From: Narcine bancroftii | Taxonomy: Eukaryota | Direction of reading: 5' to 3' | Assembly (NCBI RefSeq): GCF_036971445.1 | Contig: NC_091470.1 | Location: 152,892,001 to 152,956,000, forward strand | DNA length: 64,000 nt | Shown here: one piece after another, positions 61,965 through 64,000 of the stretch | Layout: every line of letters begins with the position of its first letter | How positions within the stretch are numbered: the first letter of the stretch is position 1 | The notes under the pieces: generated by a model | Told to the model about the DNA's origin: nothing | Database searches by the model: none | The model's input: only the letters and a program-made list of their open reading frames with translations | Program-made: the position numbers and the translations under genes

Positions 61965-62057
61965 CTTGAAGGGCATTTCACCTGTGTGAGATACCAAGTG
62001 GTTTCTTAGCTCAATCCTTCCTTTAAATGTCTGGTTGCACTCAGGACAGGTGTAAAT
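61965..62057 (-). CDS. ZBTB48: ZBTB48 exon (C2H2 finger); upstream exons including BTB lie beyond the window
   Basis: cctgtag|ATT...TTC AAG|gtatgt; [31 protein letters not shown]; 93 nt. Confidence 0.93.
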
Positions 62058-62142
62058 CTACAGGACAGTAAAACATTTTTTTTAAAAATCACCATCAGAA
62101 TTATACCTGTTTAAAGAAAGATGTTGAAGAGGCCAGCTATAT

Positions 62143-64000
62143 GGAGGAGTCACGTGATGGAGTAGTGGCCGGACGGTGAACTCCAGCCCTCTCCAGAAAA
62201 GTCGGGAAAAACAAAAGAAAACACAAAGGCACAGAAATAAAAGTTACAGAAAAGTGAGTATAAAGGTGGAAAGAAGATGGCGACAAAAAAAGAAAAATCG
62301 AAAGCAACGGTAAGAAGAGAGGAAGAGAAGACAAAGGAGGAAAAAGGTGAAGGCCTTACCTGTCCGAAGAGGCCCACTGCGGAGAGAGAAACCCGCTCCC
62401 TCAGGTCGGTAAATAATGGACTACAAAAATGGCTCGCAGAGCCGAGTAAAAGTGCGCAACCGCGCATGCGCGAAACTTCGCGCATGCGCGATGCGAATGA
62501 AAAAAAACACACCGACGGGAGGGGGGACCAGCTGGGGAGTCGATCTCCACAGCCGGCAACGACAGCTGCAGAACACCTGCAGCAAGAAGAGACCACAGAA
62601 GACAATAGAAACAAGAAAGAAGAGGAGGAAAGGGCAACAAAGAAACAACAGATGGTCAACCCAGAGGAAGAAGAAGAGGAAGAGGAAGAGTACAGTGAAA
62701 TAGAAGAAGAAAAGAAAGGCAAGGTAAAAGATATACTTGCTCTTATTAAAGGATACATGGAGTCATTTAAAGAATGGCAAACACAGGAATTTAAGGATTT
62801 AAGAAAAAGAATAAACAACACAGAAGAGAAAATAAATAAAATGGAGATGACCTTAACAGAAATGGGAAAGAAAATGGACAAGATGGAAGAGCGGGCAGTA
62901 GCAGCAGAAATGGAGGTAGAAGACTTAAAAAAGAAATTGGAGAAATCTAATAAAAAAACTAAAGAGACACAAGAACTACTAGCTCAAAAAATAGATACAA
63001 TGGAAAACCATAACAGAAGAAATAACATAAAGATAGTGGGCCTTAAGGAAGATGAAGAAGGCAAGAATATGAGGGAGTTTATAAAAGAGTGGATCCCTAA
63101 GACCCTAGGATGTCCAGAACTACAGCAAGAAATGGAAATAGAAAGGGCACATAGAGTATTGGCCTCTAAACCACAACCACAACAAAAACCAAGATCTATT
63201 GTAGTAAAATTCCTAAGATATACTACAAGGGAAAAGGTACTGGAGAAGACAATGGAAAAAGTAAGAGAGGGCAACAAACCACTGGAGTATAAAGGGCAAA
63301 AAATCTTCATTTATCCAGATATAAGTTTTGAACTCCTAAAGAAGAGAAAAGAGTTCAATACAGCAAAGGCGATTTTATGGAAGAAAGGGTATAAATTTAT
63401 ACTAAAGCATCCAGCGGTATTGAAAATATTTATTCCAGGACAACAAAACAGACTATTCTCGGATCCAGAAGAAGCACGAAAATTTGCAGAACAATTACAA
63501 AAATAGACTGAGGGAGGAAGACGGGTAATGAGAGTTAAAATGTTCACGATTGATATGTATGTGGGTAAAGACAAAAATAGACTGAGGGATGAAGACGGGT
63601 AATGAGAGTAAAAATGATCACGATTGATATGTATGCGGGTAAAGAGGTATAAGAGTGAATAGAGACAATGAGCATACATGAATGTATCTGTACTTAGAGG
63701 AAAATATAGATAGTATAGACAAGAATTAATAAGGGAAGGTAATGGAATAGAGAGAATAAGGAGGGAATTAAAAGAGTGACCTTTGTGACATATGAAAAGT
63801 GAAATCTTTTCTGGGGGAGGCGGGGTGGGGGGAAATAGCGGTCACTGCAAAATCAGTTGACGCTTGCGAGTGGATTCGCAAATCCAAATGGAGAGGGGAG
63901 ATGTGGTTGTCCGACAAGGGATAAAGGACAACTCAGGAGGTGAAGGGGAGATTGGGGATAAATAAGATAGAAATAGGAGAATAAGGAAAATGTTGGATGT
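62143..64000 (+). mobile_element. Second young copy of the ORF1-only L1-derived family (cut by window edge)
   Basis: Near-identical and collinear with 51548-53380; the ORF2 region is not visible. Confidence 0.88.
62277..63506 (+). CDS. L1-type ORF1p, 409 aa, intact
   Basis: 9 substitutions and one 8-aa indel relative to 51682-52887. Confidence 0.92.
   Translation: MATKKEKSKATVRREEEKTKEEKGEGLTCPKRPTAERETRSLRSVNNGLQKWLAEPSKSAQPRMRETSRMRDANEKKHTDGRGDQLGSRSPQPATTAAEHLQQEETTEDNRNKKEEEERATKKQQMVNPEEEEEEEEEYSEIEEEKKGKVKDILALIKGYMESFKEWQTQEFKDLRKRINNTEEKINKMEMTLTEMGKKMDKMEERAVAAEMEVEDLKKKLEKSNKKTKETQELLAQKIDTMENHNRRNNIKIVGLKEDEEGKNMREFIKEWIPKTLGCPELQQEMEIERAHRVLASKPQPQQKPRSIVVKFLRYTTREKVLEKTMEKVREGNKPLEYKGQKIFIYPDISFELLKKRKEFNTAKAILWKKGYKFILKHPAVLKIFIPGQQNRLFSDPEEARKFAEQLQK

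Overview
Vertebrate genomic DNA, most likely a cartilaginous fish (inferred from CR1, Penelope, Rex1, RTE and V-/Deu-type SINE content). It carries the conserved block orthologous to human 1p36.31: last coding exon of DNAJC11 (+), complete THAP3 (-, 4 coding exons, 227 aa), complete PHF13 (-, 4 exons, 326 aa), complete KLHL21 (+, 4 coding exons, 605 aa, GC-AG intron after the first coding exon) and the 3' seven coding exons of ZBTB48/TZAP (-). Splice junctions were read by eye and are frame-consistent. The most unusual content is in the ZBTB48 introns: three L1-derived elements. The two whose 3' ends are visible keep ORF1 but have lost almost all of ORF2 (N-terminal stub joined to C-terminal stub), with TSDs and A-rich tails, i.e. 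'half-L1' (HAL1-like) non-autonomous elements. One young copy is nested in an older one, and a near-identical third copy runs off the window edge. Also present: Penelope-derived short elements with minimal hammerhead-ribozyme-like motifs, four perfect minisatellite arrays, young RTE 3' fragments, hAT and Tigger MITEs and a 5S rRNA-derived fragment. No databases were searched; gene calls rest on recognised protein motifs plus synteny, and most repeat boundaries are approximate.
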